Shown here: positions 14,004 through 27,004 of the stretch, in pieces | How the letters are laid out: each line of letters starts with the position of its first letter | How positions within the stretch are numbered: position 1 is the first letter of the stretch | Source: Eledone cirrhosa | Lineage: Eukaryota | Direction: 5' to 3' | NCBI GenBank assembly: GCA_964016885.1 | Contig: OZ024750.1 | Location: 33,294,001 to 33,358,000, forward strand | DNA: 64,000 nucleotides | Notes under the pieces: model-generated | Told to the model about the DNA's origin: nothing | The model's database searches: none | Seen by the model: the letters and a program-made list of their open reading frames with translations, nothing else | Translations under genes and position numbers: made by a program

Positions 14004-14189
14004 GGCGGACATACTACATATAAATAAAATATAAAGATAGAAACAAATACCAGATATTACCTTTTCCTCTTTACAACATTTTAAGACACACTACGTTGAT
14101 GGAAAGATGTACAAATGCACTAAGATTTACGATCACAAACAAAAACATTTTTGTTTCTCAGCTGTAAGAAGTAAATTACATATAAAGGT

Positions 14190-14520
14190 AGAGGTAAAGA
14201 CCCCCTTCGGTGAAGAATAACCATGGGATTTGCACCTAGAAAGCTCTCCTCCGAGGCGTAAGTCAGGGTAAGGTTGTTTATGGACGACCAGCAGCCGTCC
14301 ATGCATACCAGTCTTCCCTCTCCATACCCGCGATGCTGTCCAAGGGAAAGGCAATGGCCGATACAGCTTAGCACCAGTGACGTTGGAACCTATTTCTACA
14401 GCTGAGTAAACTGGAGCAACATGAAATAAAGGGTCTTGTTCAAGGACACAACGCATCACCCGGTCTGAGAATCGAACTTACAACCTCACAATTACAAGCC
14501 CAACACCCTAACCACTAAGC
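14190..14520 (-). mobile_element. tRNA-derived SINE with the family B core and a different 3' part; 3' fragment also at ~3975-4110
   Basis: GCTTAGTGGTTAGG head, GTTCGATTCTC B-box and shared core. The 3' part matches 3975-4110. Confidence 0.8.
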
Positions 14521-15097
14521 AAACAATATATGTAATTTACTCTCAATCATAGCAATGCAACCTAACCTACGTGGCCGAGAAATATATACCAGTCTAGTTA
14601 TTGATGTCTTTGCATGGTGACCATATTGTTGTTGTTTATCAGCAAGTCAGCTCGACTTCTGCCAAGTCAGCTGACTCCTGCAAACGGATGATCCAAGTCA
14701 TTTCAACCGTGGCTATCCCGTTTGTTTCTATATTAAGAAAAATGAAATTAATATTTCTTTAACATCTTCTCAACAACGGTACATCAAGTTTTGAAATAAC
14801 GTTTGTTCATTAACTTCATTGTTTGAAAGTGACAGTAAATAACATTAATATATACAATACCGCGTGTCTTTTAAAAACACAGGGTTGCGAGTGGGGAGGG
14901 CTACAGTAGGTCAAGTGATGACATGGAAGCTTGATGGGTTCACATGCAGGCTTCATGAATTCAACTTCACGTGTATTTGTGCTGCAGAATCTTCACAACG
15001 TGTACTTACAAATAGCTTCAAAATCTAACGGCTACTTGAGTAATTATCAAGTATTCTATTGATTCAGTTATCTCTGCGCTCTTAAATATATATATAA

Positions 15098-15324
15098 GTG
15101 AATGAATTCTTTGCATTCGTGAGTTTTATATCGAATAATAATAATATTCGATTCGTTTGTAAGCAAACAGCTTCATTACGTTGTGTTTTAGATGACTATC
15201 TCTGGAACAAAATATTGGAGATGGGCATCGAAAACACTCAGCGTAATGAGGCTGTTTGCTTGCAAACGATTCGAATATTATTACTATTCGATATAAAACT
15301 CACGAATGCAAAGAATTAATTTAT
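15098..15324. repeat. ~110-bp-arm foldback inverted repeat
   Basis: AATTCTTTGCATTCGTGAGTTTTATATCGAAT... pairs with ...ATTCGATATAAAACTCACGAATGCAAAGAATT. Confidence 0.9.
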
Positions 15325-17195
15325 GAATATTTTATATTTCTTAAGTACTAAACATGTTTCTGCTTAATTGATGATTGCATTATTAAATTATAGAATGTTA
15401 ACTATCTATAGTCTTCCAAACATTATTGTAAATGTGGAAATTATTATTTACTGTAAGAAACTCGGCACCGCTTTTATAACTATTCCAGACAATTCTATAA
15501 TTTTGTGAAAATTCCAATTGTATAAGACTTAATGTAATTCAGTTGTAGAAATGCCATTATATCATCAATAAAATAATTTCAAGTATCTTCTGCATTCGGT
15601 GGTTAATGTTTCGGCAGTTGTATTGCAAGTGCGTGTGTTCCAACAGATAATTGATTAACAGATATAACATGCTTTAGATTGAATATAAATATCAAATTGT
15701 GTTAGATTCTGTCAACCTGGGAAACTTTAAGTAATATTTTATGTAACCATTCGTCATCATTCTATTTTTTTTTTAATTTGTTATCTTCCTTTTAAAATGC
15801 TTTCCGTTTCTCATTCCTTTTGATGTCCAAATGAATTTCTTTATATAATATTGTAGAATTACCAACTACGTTCGTTTTATCGTAATACATTTACTTGCTG
15901 TCATAGAACTGCAAGATTATTGAGAAAATAGTTATGTTATTTAATATACCGATGGTTGCGATGGTAACATGAGAAACTAAAAAAATGTTACAATATTTAT
16001 TTCAATGGTAATGCAGTTTCTTCAATAAAGATTTACATAGTTCCACGCCTCGGAAATTTGCGTGCAACAATTAAGCACTCGTTAGTAGAATCCAAGGGAT
16101 TTAGTCATCACTCACAGCCATGACAGCAATCGTAATCTTCATTGAAATACTGTGTTTGATTATTAGAAACTCATCAACCTTTATTTTGTTTGCTATTTCA
16201 TTTTCTAATGACAATGTCAGAACCATATCCTTAGAATTAAGTGTCATTTTCTCCTGGTAGAATCTTTTTTTATTTTTACTCTTAAATATTCTTTTGGTGT
16301 CAATATTGTGATACTTGGCTCTTTTTTTGTTTTTACAATAACCTTTAATGCTTTTTTAGTGTTTATTTTTTCCAAATAACACGATAATAAAGCAGTTTGA
16401 TTTATTAGAAAACGTAATCCTACCGAATACTTTCGCATATTAACATAAAATAGAATAGAACCAAACAATGGAACTTGTATTTCTAATATCGTTGTGCAGC
16501 TGCTATTGGCATTTTGGGGGAATATCAGAATTGGAACGCTGTCTCCTGTCAATGGGAAAACTATTAATTTGAAAAGAGTTGAATTTATTATTTCCAGATA
16601 TTTCTGCTTAAAGAGAAAATCCTAGCTGTATAATTTCTATTATAAATTTATGAAACTCCAAAGTAAATATACTATATTATTTACACGATATACAAATAGT
16701 TAGAGTCTATTAATACGGTAACTGAGAATCTGTGTGTGCTACACTATGTATCTGTGGCTTCGATCCTCATAATATTGTTTATTGGCGCCAGGAGGGCACA
16801 GTAGATTGACATAAACAGGTTCTACCATCATTCAAATATGACCAGGCTTTGTGTTTATATTAACATTGTAACTGATTCCGCCATTTGATAACAGCGATAC
16901 AACAAATGCAATGTGAGTAGAAGAAGCGTAGAAACGCTCCAGAGTGATAAGGCCTGACTACATTTCATAATTTAACAAATAACAATAGGATATATCAGTG
17001 AAATCAAATTAGTATATAGTAATAGATACTTTATGTGGTTCCGAATCTCTTAGAATCTTGGTATTAATTTTTGAAAAGTTAATAGCTTTCTGTATATATA
17101 TTACTTCGTGTATAAGAAATATAATAGCAGCTAGTATATTGTGATATATTGAGATATATGCCATATAAGGTTTCAGTATTTTACTTGAACGTAAG

Positions 17196-17272
<77 letters not shown>

Positions 17273-17754
17273 ATACATACATAACATGAGAGGCATAATC
17301 CTCTTCTTTTCAGTAATACGTTAATAACAATTTATCATTGGTACAGAGAAGCGATTGTTTCATTCTTTGCAACATCCTGCGCAGCTGAATATAATAAATG
17401 CAGGAATATATAACGTCACGATTTGGGATTGTGATAGCACACATAGATATTATTGAGACAACAGCAATGGACATATGGCAATAGCTAGAGCTCCATATAT
17501 ACCACACTATTTTCTAAAATGCTATTTCATGCATGTATAATTTTGCAATATAGATTTCTACAATTTCCAAAAAGCATTCGAAAATGAATAACAAGCAAAT
17601 AAAACCGAAAGCAAGTAACAAGATGGAAGACATTGGGAATATATATTTTTCCCTTTTCAATATATATTTATGTCCTGTGATACGGCTTAGTTTTCAATTT
17701 TTTGGATCTTAGATCCTGGATTTTACCTCGGATCTATCCGATCTGCATGATTAA

Positions 17755-18032
17755 TAATCGTAACAACACATTGAGCTTCCTATCATCTTGTCTAGTGAAA
17801 ACTAAGTAGATATCTCCATTTTATAAAGCTTTATATCTATACCTATATCTATATCTATATATATATATATATATAAATGCATATGTATATACATGTATAT
17901 ATATGTATATATACATACATATATCAATATCTCTCTCTCTATATATATATATACAAAGATTTATAAATGGAGATATCCACCTACTTTTCACTAGAAAGGA
18001 TGATTGGAGACTCAATGGGTTGTTACGATTAT
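17755..18032. repeat. Imperfect inverted repeat with a (TA)-rich spacer
   Basis: ATAATCGTAACAACACATTGAG..GATATCTCCATTTTATAAA pairs with TTTATAAATGGAGATATC..CTCAATGGGTTGTTACGATTAT. Confidence 0.8.
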
Positions 18033-18038
18033 ATGTGT

Positions 18039-18175
<137 letters not shown>

Positions 18176-18732
18176 CGAAGTGATTTATAAATGGAGATAT
18201 ATGCGGTATATAGGAGTGTCTAGGAGCAGTGATACACAAAAACAATCCATTCTCAATAATACACTATTTTTAGATGCCAGAAAATTCCATTCATCTAAAC
18301 TCTATAATTACGTCATTAACAATGTAAAGAACTACTCATTGATTACTTTATTTTCTTATTGATTTTCATGTATGTTTTCCCGAGAATTCAATTTGTAAAC
18401 AATCTCAACAGGAACGTTTGTCTGTAGAATTAAGGTCAATGCAGTTTCAAGACAGAGGTTTTACAATAATAACTCCCCTTCCTAAAACACGGCGCAATTG
18501 AATTGGTTTCGAATCATTCAAAAAGTTTGTTAATTCTGATAAGATTTTATTCTCATCTTCACCACATTTCATGGAGAACCAACCGGTCATATATATGTTG
18601 TGTATTTCTCCGAGTTTAACTGCCACAATTATACACACACTTACCCAAGTCTCTCATTCACACTCACGTTCACATGCTCACACGTGCACACACATGTTAT
18701 CCCTCTTTCTCCCTTTCTCTCTCAATTTTTGT

Positions 18733-18777
<45 letters not shown>

Positions 18778-18821
18778 TGAAAAAGAACAAAGGAACTATT
18801 ATAACATTATAACAAGTTTAT

Positions 18822-18868
18822 TGCCGACAGCCGTTTCGTCCGACCATATGGTGGGACTTTTCAAGGCA
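18822..18868 (-). ncRNA. Type I hammerhead, U3-A8 variant (inverted copy)
   Basis: Exact reverse complement of 19231-19277. Confidence 0.8.
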
Positions 18869-19230
18869 TATAACATGTGATTGTAAGATCATTATTTACA
18901 TCAACGTATCACTCAAGACTAGCGGTTTGAAATTGTGGTATACATCAGCAGCTTCGCTTGTATAGTTGGGGTCTATATTCTAAGGGGGCTCTTTTATATT
19001 AGTTGTCGGGGTCAGGGATTGAAGGTTAGAAATTAGATAATAATTAGTAAATTATATATTATCTAATTTCTAACCTTCAATCCCTGACCCCAACAACTAA
19101 TATAAAAGAGCCCCCTTAGAATATAGACCCCAACTATACAAGCGAAGCTGCTGATGTATACCACAATTTCAAACTGCTAGTCTTGAGTGATACGTTGATG
19201 TAAATAATGATCTTACAATCACATGTTATA

Positions 19231-19277
19231 TGCCTTGAAAAGTCCCACCATATGGTCGGACGAAACGGCTGTCGGCA
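19231..19277 (+). ncRNA. Type I hammerhead, U3-A8 variant
   Basis: UGCC-UUGAAAA-GUCC c ACCA ua UGGU c GGAC-GAAA-CGGCUG-UC-GGCA: all stems pair, GUC site. Confidence 0.8.
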
Positions 19278-19453
19278 ATAAACTTGTTATAATGTCATAA
19301 TAGTTCCTTTGTTCTTTTTCACTAATATTTCTGCTCTGCTTACACGCATAGAGCTTAACTAGCTACCGTCACAAATTTGGTAGGTTAGACGTGATCATCG
19401 CGATTCACATACGACCTACCATACATCTTGCTTATATATATATATATATATAC

Positions 19454-19636
<183 letters not shown>

Positions 19637-19639
19637 TAC

Positions 19640-19748
<109 letters not shown>

Positions 19749-19762
19749 CATATATATACATT

Positions 19763-19793
<31 letters not shown>

Positions 19794-20031
19794 AGTAAAA
19801 GAGTGAAAAATAGTGTGGTCGGCTGGACAATAGAGTTTATTTAATGTATCAACAATTGTTTCATTAGTCCGGTGTGTCTAAGAATCGCTGATCGTTAGAA
19901 TTCATGTCATTCGATTTTAATTACAGTCGATACCCGATCAAATCATCAGAATACATGATAGAGTGCACTAGTATTTATAGATACATTGGACAATAACATA
20001 AATGAAAACAATAATAATAATAACATTAATG

Positions 20032-20067
<36 letters not shown>

Positions 20068-20139
20068 GTAGTGGTAGTAGTGGTAGTAGTAATAGTTGCA
20101 GTGATGAGGGGATAGAAACGTAAAATAGTAATGACAATA

Positions 20140-20325
20140 ATAATAATTGTTTCTACTTTAGGCACAAGGCCAGCAAATATCCAGTACATTACTGGTACTT
20201 TATTTTATCGACCCCGTAAGGACGAAAGGCAAAGTTAACCTCGGCGGGATTTGAACTCAGACTGTAAAAGGGACGTAACTATGCTAGAAAGCATGGCGTC
20301 CAACCCTCTACCGATACTGCCAATT
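20140..20325 (-). mobile_element. SINE family A
   Basis: Reverse complement of the family A consensus, in an (AAT)n context. Confidence 0.9.
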
Positions 20326-20539
20326 CAATAATAATAATAACATGGAGAAAGTGAGGGCAGTGGTATAAAGAGATGATATGATAAGGGAGATACTTGGCAG
20401 TGTAATAAAATGAGATGAGGCGATAGTGGAGACATTCAAATACAGTGGGGTGAGATGGGTTAAATAGATGAAGCGGCGAAATATAAAATAAAAAGATAAA
20501 GATAACATACGGGTGATTAAGTTTGGGGTATTTTGAAAA

Positions 20540-20730
20540 GTGTGGATTGGCAGTATCGGTAGAGGGTCGGACGCCATGCTTTGATGTATAGAGTTACGGC
20601 CCTTGCTATTCTGAGTTCAAATCCCGCCTAGGTTAACTTTGCCTTTCATCCTTACGGAGTTGATAAAATAAAGTACAAGTAATCAACTGGGTAATTGCTG
20701 GCCTTGTGCCAAAAGTAGAAACAATTATCT
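20540..20730 (+). mobile_element. SINE family A
   Basis: Matches the family A consensus. Confidence 0.9.
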
Positions 20731-20959
20731 TAATGGAGGTGAAGATTGGTGGTAGTGGTGTGTATGAGAGGGCGTGTCTATACAAAAGCTGAGGGAACGT
20801 CGATCGTTCTAATGTCAGTTGAGTCAATGTAGGTTGGTAGATGTATGAAGTTAGCGCCTATATGTGGCTGACAGTCGTAGTAAGGATGTGTAAAATTGAT
20901 TTGTTGGCGCCAGTATTGCAGACATTTTAAATCCGGGGGTTTTGTATGGATAGTGAGAT

Positions 20960-21125
20960 TGCCGGATCGAATCATGCTCGTCTCGGTTTGTAGTTAGAAC
21001 ATTTAGTGGCGGCTTTGTGCCTACAGAAGATTGTCCGCTCGATTTTGCTGTTAAGCAGCATTTTGGAGTAGTTCCATATTGCAGAGTCCACGATGGCTGA
21101 ATACAATAAATGTAATCTGAGTTTA
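20960..21125 (-). pseudogene. Decayed Naiad-like GIY-YIG C-terminus; its 3' UTR probably extends to ~20330
   Basis: GLCNMELL then, after a frameshift, MLLNSKIERTIFCRHKAATKCSNYKP. Aligns with CKLCNLEIY..LLNNRIERTLFCRHRTKTLFSHYKP at 62.9 kb. Confidence 0.75.
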
Positions 21126-21134
21126 TCGAATATT

Positions 21135-21320
21135 AATAATAATTGTTTCTACTTTAAGCACAAGGCCAGCAATTACCAGTGCATTACTGGTACTTTTATT
21201 TTATCGACCCCGTAAGGATGAAAGGCAAAGTCAACCTCGGCGGGATTTGAACTCAGATCGTAAAGGGACGTAACTATGCTGGAAAGCATGGCGTCCGACC
21301 CTCTACCGATACTGCCAATA
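21135..21320 (-). mobile_element. SINE family A
   Basis: Reverse complement of the consensus. Confidence 0.9.
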
Positions 21321-21379
21321 CAAAGGCTTTCCTGGTGATTTCCTTCGAACGAAACAGTTCTACTCCTGTAGAAACCATT

Positions 21380-21413
<34 letters not shown>

Positions 21414-21414
21414 T

Positions 21415-21460
<46 letters not shown>

Positions 21461-21464
<4 letters not shown>

Positions 21465-21740
21465 CCGGTAAATTTCCCGAGATACATGGGCGAGTTCTCT
21501 CCAGCGGTCTCTATCCCTGCCACGTCCTGCGTCTCCAAGGGACCAGGTCTGTCCTTAGGGCATCAACATATGTAAAACCTCGGTCTCCCTCTTCCAGTGC
21601 GTCCATGAAGGGGTTCCCACAGGAGCACTGTGTGCTGTGTCAACTCTGGATGTCGGTGAGCATGTCCATCTAACCTCAGTCTCCTCTATGCTGCTCTTGA
21701 GCTGACTTTTTGGAGGCTCCCGTACAGCTCTGAGTTCTCT
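21461..21740 (-). mobile_element. 3' end of an RTE-clade LINE inserted in (TA)n
   Basis: [52 protein letters not shown] matches RTE C-terminal RRLRxAGH..LWxP..RGRP. Confidence 0.8.
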
Positions 21741-21749
21741 ATATATATA

Positions 21750-21929
<180 letters not shown>

Positions 21930-21930
21930 C

Positions 21931-22057
<127 letters not shown>

Positions 22058-22287
22058 GGTGTGTGTGTGTGTATCCTCCAGACATATAAGAGCAGTATAT
22101 ACAGCCTAAAAGCAATGTGCCAATTAGATAACTTTAACATCCATTAATCCAGTTTCAAAGTGGACTGGTGGCAGAGGATCAATAATAATAAAACTTCCAA
22201 GACGGTTTTACATTTGATGCTAACACAAGTCATTAATTGCCTTATAGAGTTAATAACCTTAAAATTTGAAATATATTAAACAATATA

Positions 22288-22405
22288 GTAGCGGACATGA
22301 CTATGTGATTAAGATGTTTTCTTCACAACCCCATCGTTTCGGATTCAGCCCCACTGCGTGATACCTTAGGCATGTGTCATTTACTCTATCCATGGGTTGA
22401 TCAAC
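22288..22405 (+). mobile_element. Old tRNA-derived SINE (family C); another copy at ~34112-34215 on the minus strand
   Basis: CCCACTGCGTG..CCTT(A/G)GG..TGT motif shared between the two copies. Confidence 0.55.
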
Positions 22406-22449
22406 TGATTAATGGTCGCTGCAGTTTAATGACTAAAGCTAGTAAAATA

Positions 22450-22660
22450 ATTGCTCTTACTTTAAACACAAAGCCCGCAAATTGAAGGGGAAGGGAAAGT
22501 CGATTAAATCTATCACAGTCAATTACTGGTACTTCATTTATCGACCGCGTGCAGATGGAAGGCAAAGCTAACCTCGGCAGTATTTGTAAAGCGCAGTGAC
22601 CCTATGCCGTGATGTAGAGTGTCCGATGCTCTACCGATACTGCCAATCTACCAGCCTTAA
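22450..22660 (-). mobile_element. SINE family A, diverged
   Basis: Reverse complement of the consensus. Confidence 0.75.
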
Positions 22661-23289
22661 ATCCAGTAAAATAATAACAGAATACATTATTCCTGATTTT
22701 TGTTTGTAAAACTGATTTCAAATATTTCTTTCAGTTTCTGTCTTATAGTCATAAAGCTTCATGTGAGTAAATCTAATCTGAGCTATAAATAGAATCATAT
22801 TTCCCAGTTAAATGGCAAGGCTAATAAATTAGCAGAAAAGAAATCAATATTCAAGTTGAAAAACAACATTTGCATTAAATTTCTTCACTTTGGACACGAT
22901 TCCATCTCTAAAATAAATAGTTAAAGTTCATTCACATGCGTGCTGAAGTTTCCAACGTAGAATGTGAGAGAGATATACTCTATTTACCCCGGGAGCTAAA
23001 AGAGAAGCTGTCATTTATAACCCAACAATTAACTGTTTATTTTAAAATTGTACGCTAATTGCTTCGTGAGATATCACCGTATGATAGAAAGGTGTATCAT
23101 CATATTTTATTTAATTATATCTATTTATATTTCACCGCAGTCTGTGAACAATGGCAAAGGTGGTTCCAAGTTGATTTATGAAGATGAGATTGACAAGGAA
23201 CTGTATGCGAAAATCTGTGGAACATTTTTTAAATTATCAAATTTTTAGTTGGTACTTAACCATGAGCACCAGTGTTAACAGTAACTATA

Positions 23290-23825
23290 CTTCTTCTTCT
23301 TCTTCTCCTTCTTCTTCTTCTTCTTCTTCTTCTCCTCCTTCTTCTTCTCCTTCTCCTTCTCCTTCTTCTTCTTCTCCTTCTTCTTCTTCTCCTTCTTCTT
23401 CTTCTTCTCCTCCTTCTTCTTCTTCTTCTTCTCCTTCTTCTTCCACTTCTTCTCCTTCTTCTTCTTCTTCCACTTCTTCTTCTCCTCCTTCTTCTCCTTC
23501 TTCTTCTTCTTCTTCTCCTTCTTCTTCCACTTCTTCTCCTTCTTCTTCTTCTTCCACTTCTTCTTCTCCTCCTTCTTCTCCTTCTTCTTCTTCTTCTTCT
23601 TCTTCTTCTTCTCCTTCTTCTTCCACTTCTTCTTCTCCTCCTTCTTCTCCTTCTTCTTCTTCTCCTTCTTCTTCTTCTTCTCCTTCTTCTTCCACTTCTT
23701 CTTCTCCTCCTTCTTCTACTTCTTCTTCTTCTTCTTCTTCTCCTTCTTCTTCTTCCACTTCTTCTTCTTCTTCTCCTTCTTCTTCTTCTTCTTCTTCTCC
23801 TTCTTCTTCTTCCTCCTTCACTTCT
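23290..23825. repeat. Compound (CTT/CCT)n trinucleotide array
   Basis: Directly visible; generates the poly-S, poly-L and poly-E ORFs. Confidence 0.95.
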
Positions 23826-24205
23826 TGTGTCATCCCTCCTATCCTTTCAATGGTGACGCATTCATTTGCTTTTTCTAATGGCTAGAATATATGCGGCTCG
23901 CCACACATGCATACAGTTTCCTATTAGTTGGTCATAATATGATGAGTGGGGTGGGGTGGCTGCTGCAGCGCGTGTCGCTGGCCATTGTCTGCAAAAATAC
24001 CTTTGCCATTTTGTCCATGGGGAGCAACCGAAACACTGCTCTATCCTGGGTGTAGAGTCTGTCACGCTCTCCCCTTCGCTCTTTATTTCTTCCATTGCCC
24101 ACCTTTTCCTCTCTTTTATGGCATTTATTGTCCTTTCCAATGCTGCTTTCTTTTACTGTAAATTTGATAAATATTTAACATTTTATTATTTTTAAACAAA
24201 TATTA

Positions 24206-24740
24206 AAGGACGGTAGATTGGCAGAATCGGTAGAGCGTCGATCACCATGCTTTGCAGAATAAAGTTATGGCCCTTTACGGGGTCGATAAAATAAAGCACC
24301 ATTAAAGCACCGGGGCGATTTAATCGACTTTCCCATCACCCAAATTGCTGCCCTTATGCCTATAGTAGAAATCATTATTTTTAAACAAAAAAAGAAAAAC
24401 ATATATCTATAAATAAGTAAATAAAAAGATAAATGAAATAATAAAGATATAAAAGATATAAATATGAAGTCATATAAATATAACACATGATGGTGTAACC
24501 TTATCTTAAAATACCATGACAAGATTCTAAAAATCAGCGGCTTTTTTGATTTCCTAACAATTTTTGCAGTCTTTGTTGCTTTACAATTGGCAGAATCGTT
24601 AAGACGCCGGATAGAATGCTTTACAGTATTCGTCCCACCTCATTGCGTGCTCTGGGTTCAAATCCCGCCGAGGTCAACTTTGCCTTTCATCCTTTCGAGG
24701 TCGATAAAAAAAATTCTAATCCAGTACTAGGGTCGATTTT
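24206..24740 (+). mobile_element. Two SINE family A copies (24206-24380, 24585-24740)
   Basis: TTGGCAGAATCG heads and GGTCGATAAAA cores. Confidence 0.8.
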
Positions 24741-25555
24741 TCCTCTATAGAAAAATATCAGCAGTGTTCAGACCTGGAGATGGTTGGACTCAGCTAGGTT
24801 TTAAAACACGCCTTATGACGGTGTCTCTACGACTCCCATGAAGTTATTGGATCTTTATTCAAAGCGATATATCAAATTTCTAGAACTAGAAACATTCTCA
24901 GAGAAATTCTATTTAAATTGATTACAGAAATCGGTCAATAGAAAATAAACCAATTCAAGAGGAAATATTTGACATTGGAAAATAATTACGTTTAAATCAT
25001 ATTTCTAAGAACAGAAATGATACACTATAAACTAGTTTTAATGTTTCTATTGGTGGCATTCAGTCATGTAAAAACTGTAACACACATTATATAGATATAT
25101 ATGATATGACTATCAATTATTGTACATAGGAGACTTTTGTGCTATAGAAAAGAGTGCGCGCACACATACACACACACACTCACACATATATTTATATATA
25201 TATATATTTTTATATATATAAAAGGACGATCGACTTTCGTCAAATCGGACCGAGGGAACAATGTTTCCGTCGGTCCTTCCAATTGATAATACTATCTATC
25301 GGTCGCAACTCCAGGTAGAAGGAGCAACGTGAAATAAAGTGTCTAGCTCAAGGACATAACGCATCGCCTGTATACATACATATATGTATACAGACGTACA
25401 GTAGTATGTGTATATATATATATACATGCATATATATACGTATGGATTCACCGAACATTTATTATAATGCACGGTGTATTTGTAAACAAACATCCCGCAT
25501 TAAGCCGTAATCTCCAGCAACCATTGTTGCTCGTTTGTTCAACACTGACAAAAGA

Positions 25556-25598
25556 ACGCTGTACTAGTTTCAAGCTTATTAGCTATCGTCAGCAACGT
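25556..25598 (-). ncRNA. Minimal type I hammerhead in a short element (~25440-25684) between (TA) tracts
   Basis: ACGUUG-CUGACGA-u AGCU aaua AGCU u-GAAA-CUAG-UA-CAGCGU: 6-bp stem I, GUA site. Confidence 0.85.
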
Positions 25599-25695
25599 AT
25601 ACCTTCCTGCCAGATTGTTGAACGTATATACTTACCTTATGCATATTAACGGCTGAGTAGCCCAATTTGCATATCGCGTGGGTTATATATATATG

Positions 25696-25779
<84 letters not shown>

Positions 25780-25781
<2 letters not shown>

Positions 25782-25913
25782 TATTTCTGAAGACAGCATA
25801 TATATGTGTAGGTATGTATATTCCCTCTGATAGTTTGTTAAATGTTTACATAGATCTATAGGATATATATACCAACACACACATATATATCCTAGAAACG
25901 ATCGTAAAATGAT
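25780..25913 (+). ncRNA. Type I hammerhead with a 101-nt stem II; truncated sibling at 5098-5222
   Basis: AUUAUUU-CUGAAGA-[25794..25894]-GAAA-CGAUCG-UA-AAAUGAU: 7-bp stem I. Stem II contains AUAUAUAUGUGU/ACACAUAUAUAU and GGUAUGUAUAU/AUAUAUAUACC helices. Confidence 0.75.
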
Positions 25914-26287
25914 GAATTTTTTAATATAAGGAACTGTTTCTTTGTTTTTATTCATTATTTTTATTAATTTTATTAATTTATCTTGACTCTTTTTTTCCTG
26001 TGATTTTTATCGAAAAAAATGTTGAATACATCTTCTCTTTTTATGATATTTGGATTACATTGAGTTCTTCATACGGATTGGACAATACCGTATATTTTGG
26101 TAGATTTATCTACATATATATATATAAATATATATATATATAATAAGTTGACAGAACTAGCATAGGCATAACTACTCGGACCGGTTGTATCTCAGCGTAC
26201 TCAATAGGTAGTGTAAAATAAACTACCAGAATATACACATAGTTATTCGCTTCAATACAACACACGTAAACGGGTACCTTCAATTGC

Positions 26288-26397
26288 TCCCGAACTCGAG
26301 TTTCGGCCAAACTTAATGCAGCAGTAGAGTGCACTGCAACTTCTGTCCGCATATATTATGCAACAATGCACAATCGGCGCATGTGGCTTCATAACCT
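26288..26397 (-). ncRNA. Decayed long-stem-II hammerhead
   Basis: GUUAUGA (2 mismatches to the core)-aGCC...GGCc-GAAA-CUCGAG-UU, with internal hairpins. Stem I is lost. Confidence 0.4.
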
Positions 26398-26633
26398 AAT
26401 CAATTACCAACCAATCAACAGAATTCAACTCCGGTCCGTGCCGGCTATGACTGTATGTGACGGCTACCGGTTGATATGACTGATTGGCTACCGATTTATA
26501 AATTTACGTGATGACAGGAGACAAAATTCAAATAATTCCGCTCCCGCCAACGTATCTCAAACGCAAATTAACAAGTTAGTGAAAATTGGTTATTAGAGAA
26601 ATTCAGTCCCCTATCGCTGTACAATAGCGTAGA

Positions 26634-27004
26634 TCGCATCCGTCATCTACTACCACCTGGCCAACGTGCCTTGTCCTCAGCCTCGCCTGACTGCCCTGGA
26701 GCGTTTGCTCTTTCGCTCCTTGTGGAAGAGATCCCTTACGATGGTCAGGCGGTCCATTTGCTTTCAACACACGCTACATAGAGAACTGCGCGTGCCGTGG
26801 CTACTGATGCGCTGACATGCATCTCCACCGTTTTCTCGTCGATAATCAGGTGTGGTCGCCGTTTGCTAGACCCGTTTTTCCCAAGGTCGTCTCCTTGATG
26901 GAGCTGCAGTCCTGGGTCAAGCGAAGACCAAGAAGAAGCGCTCGGAGGCTGGAATGTCTTCAGACGCTTACGGCTTTAGACCAGTCAGGCGATGCGATCG
27001 GCGG
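26634..27004 (+). mobile_element. Tx1/L1-clade LINE ORF2 fragment
   Basis: IASVIYYHLANVPCPQPRLTALERLLFRSLWK..VRRSICFQH..LRVPWL is the post-RT FLW..GGLG region. Confidence 0.75.

Larger units (their letters stand above)
18771..19432 (+). mobile_element. Non-coding foldback PLE-like element (inverted pLTR) inserted in (TA)n
   Basis: Arms 18771-19042 and 19057-19328 (3 mismatches seen), 14-nt spacer, ~100-nt unique tail, a hammerhead in each arm. Confidence 0.85.

Noticed and set aside
23178-23885. Poly-Ser, poly-Leu and poly-Glu ORFs
   Set aside because: Stop-free (CTT/CCT)n array; no evidence of coding.
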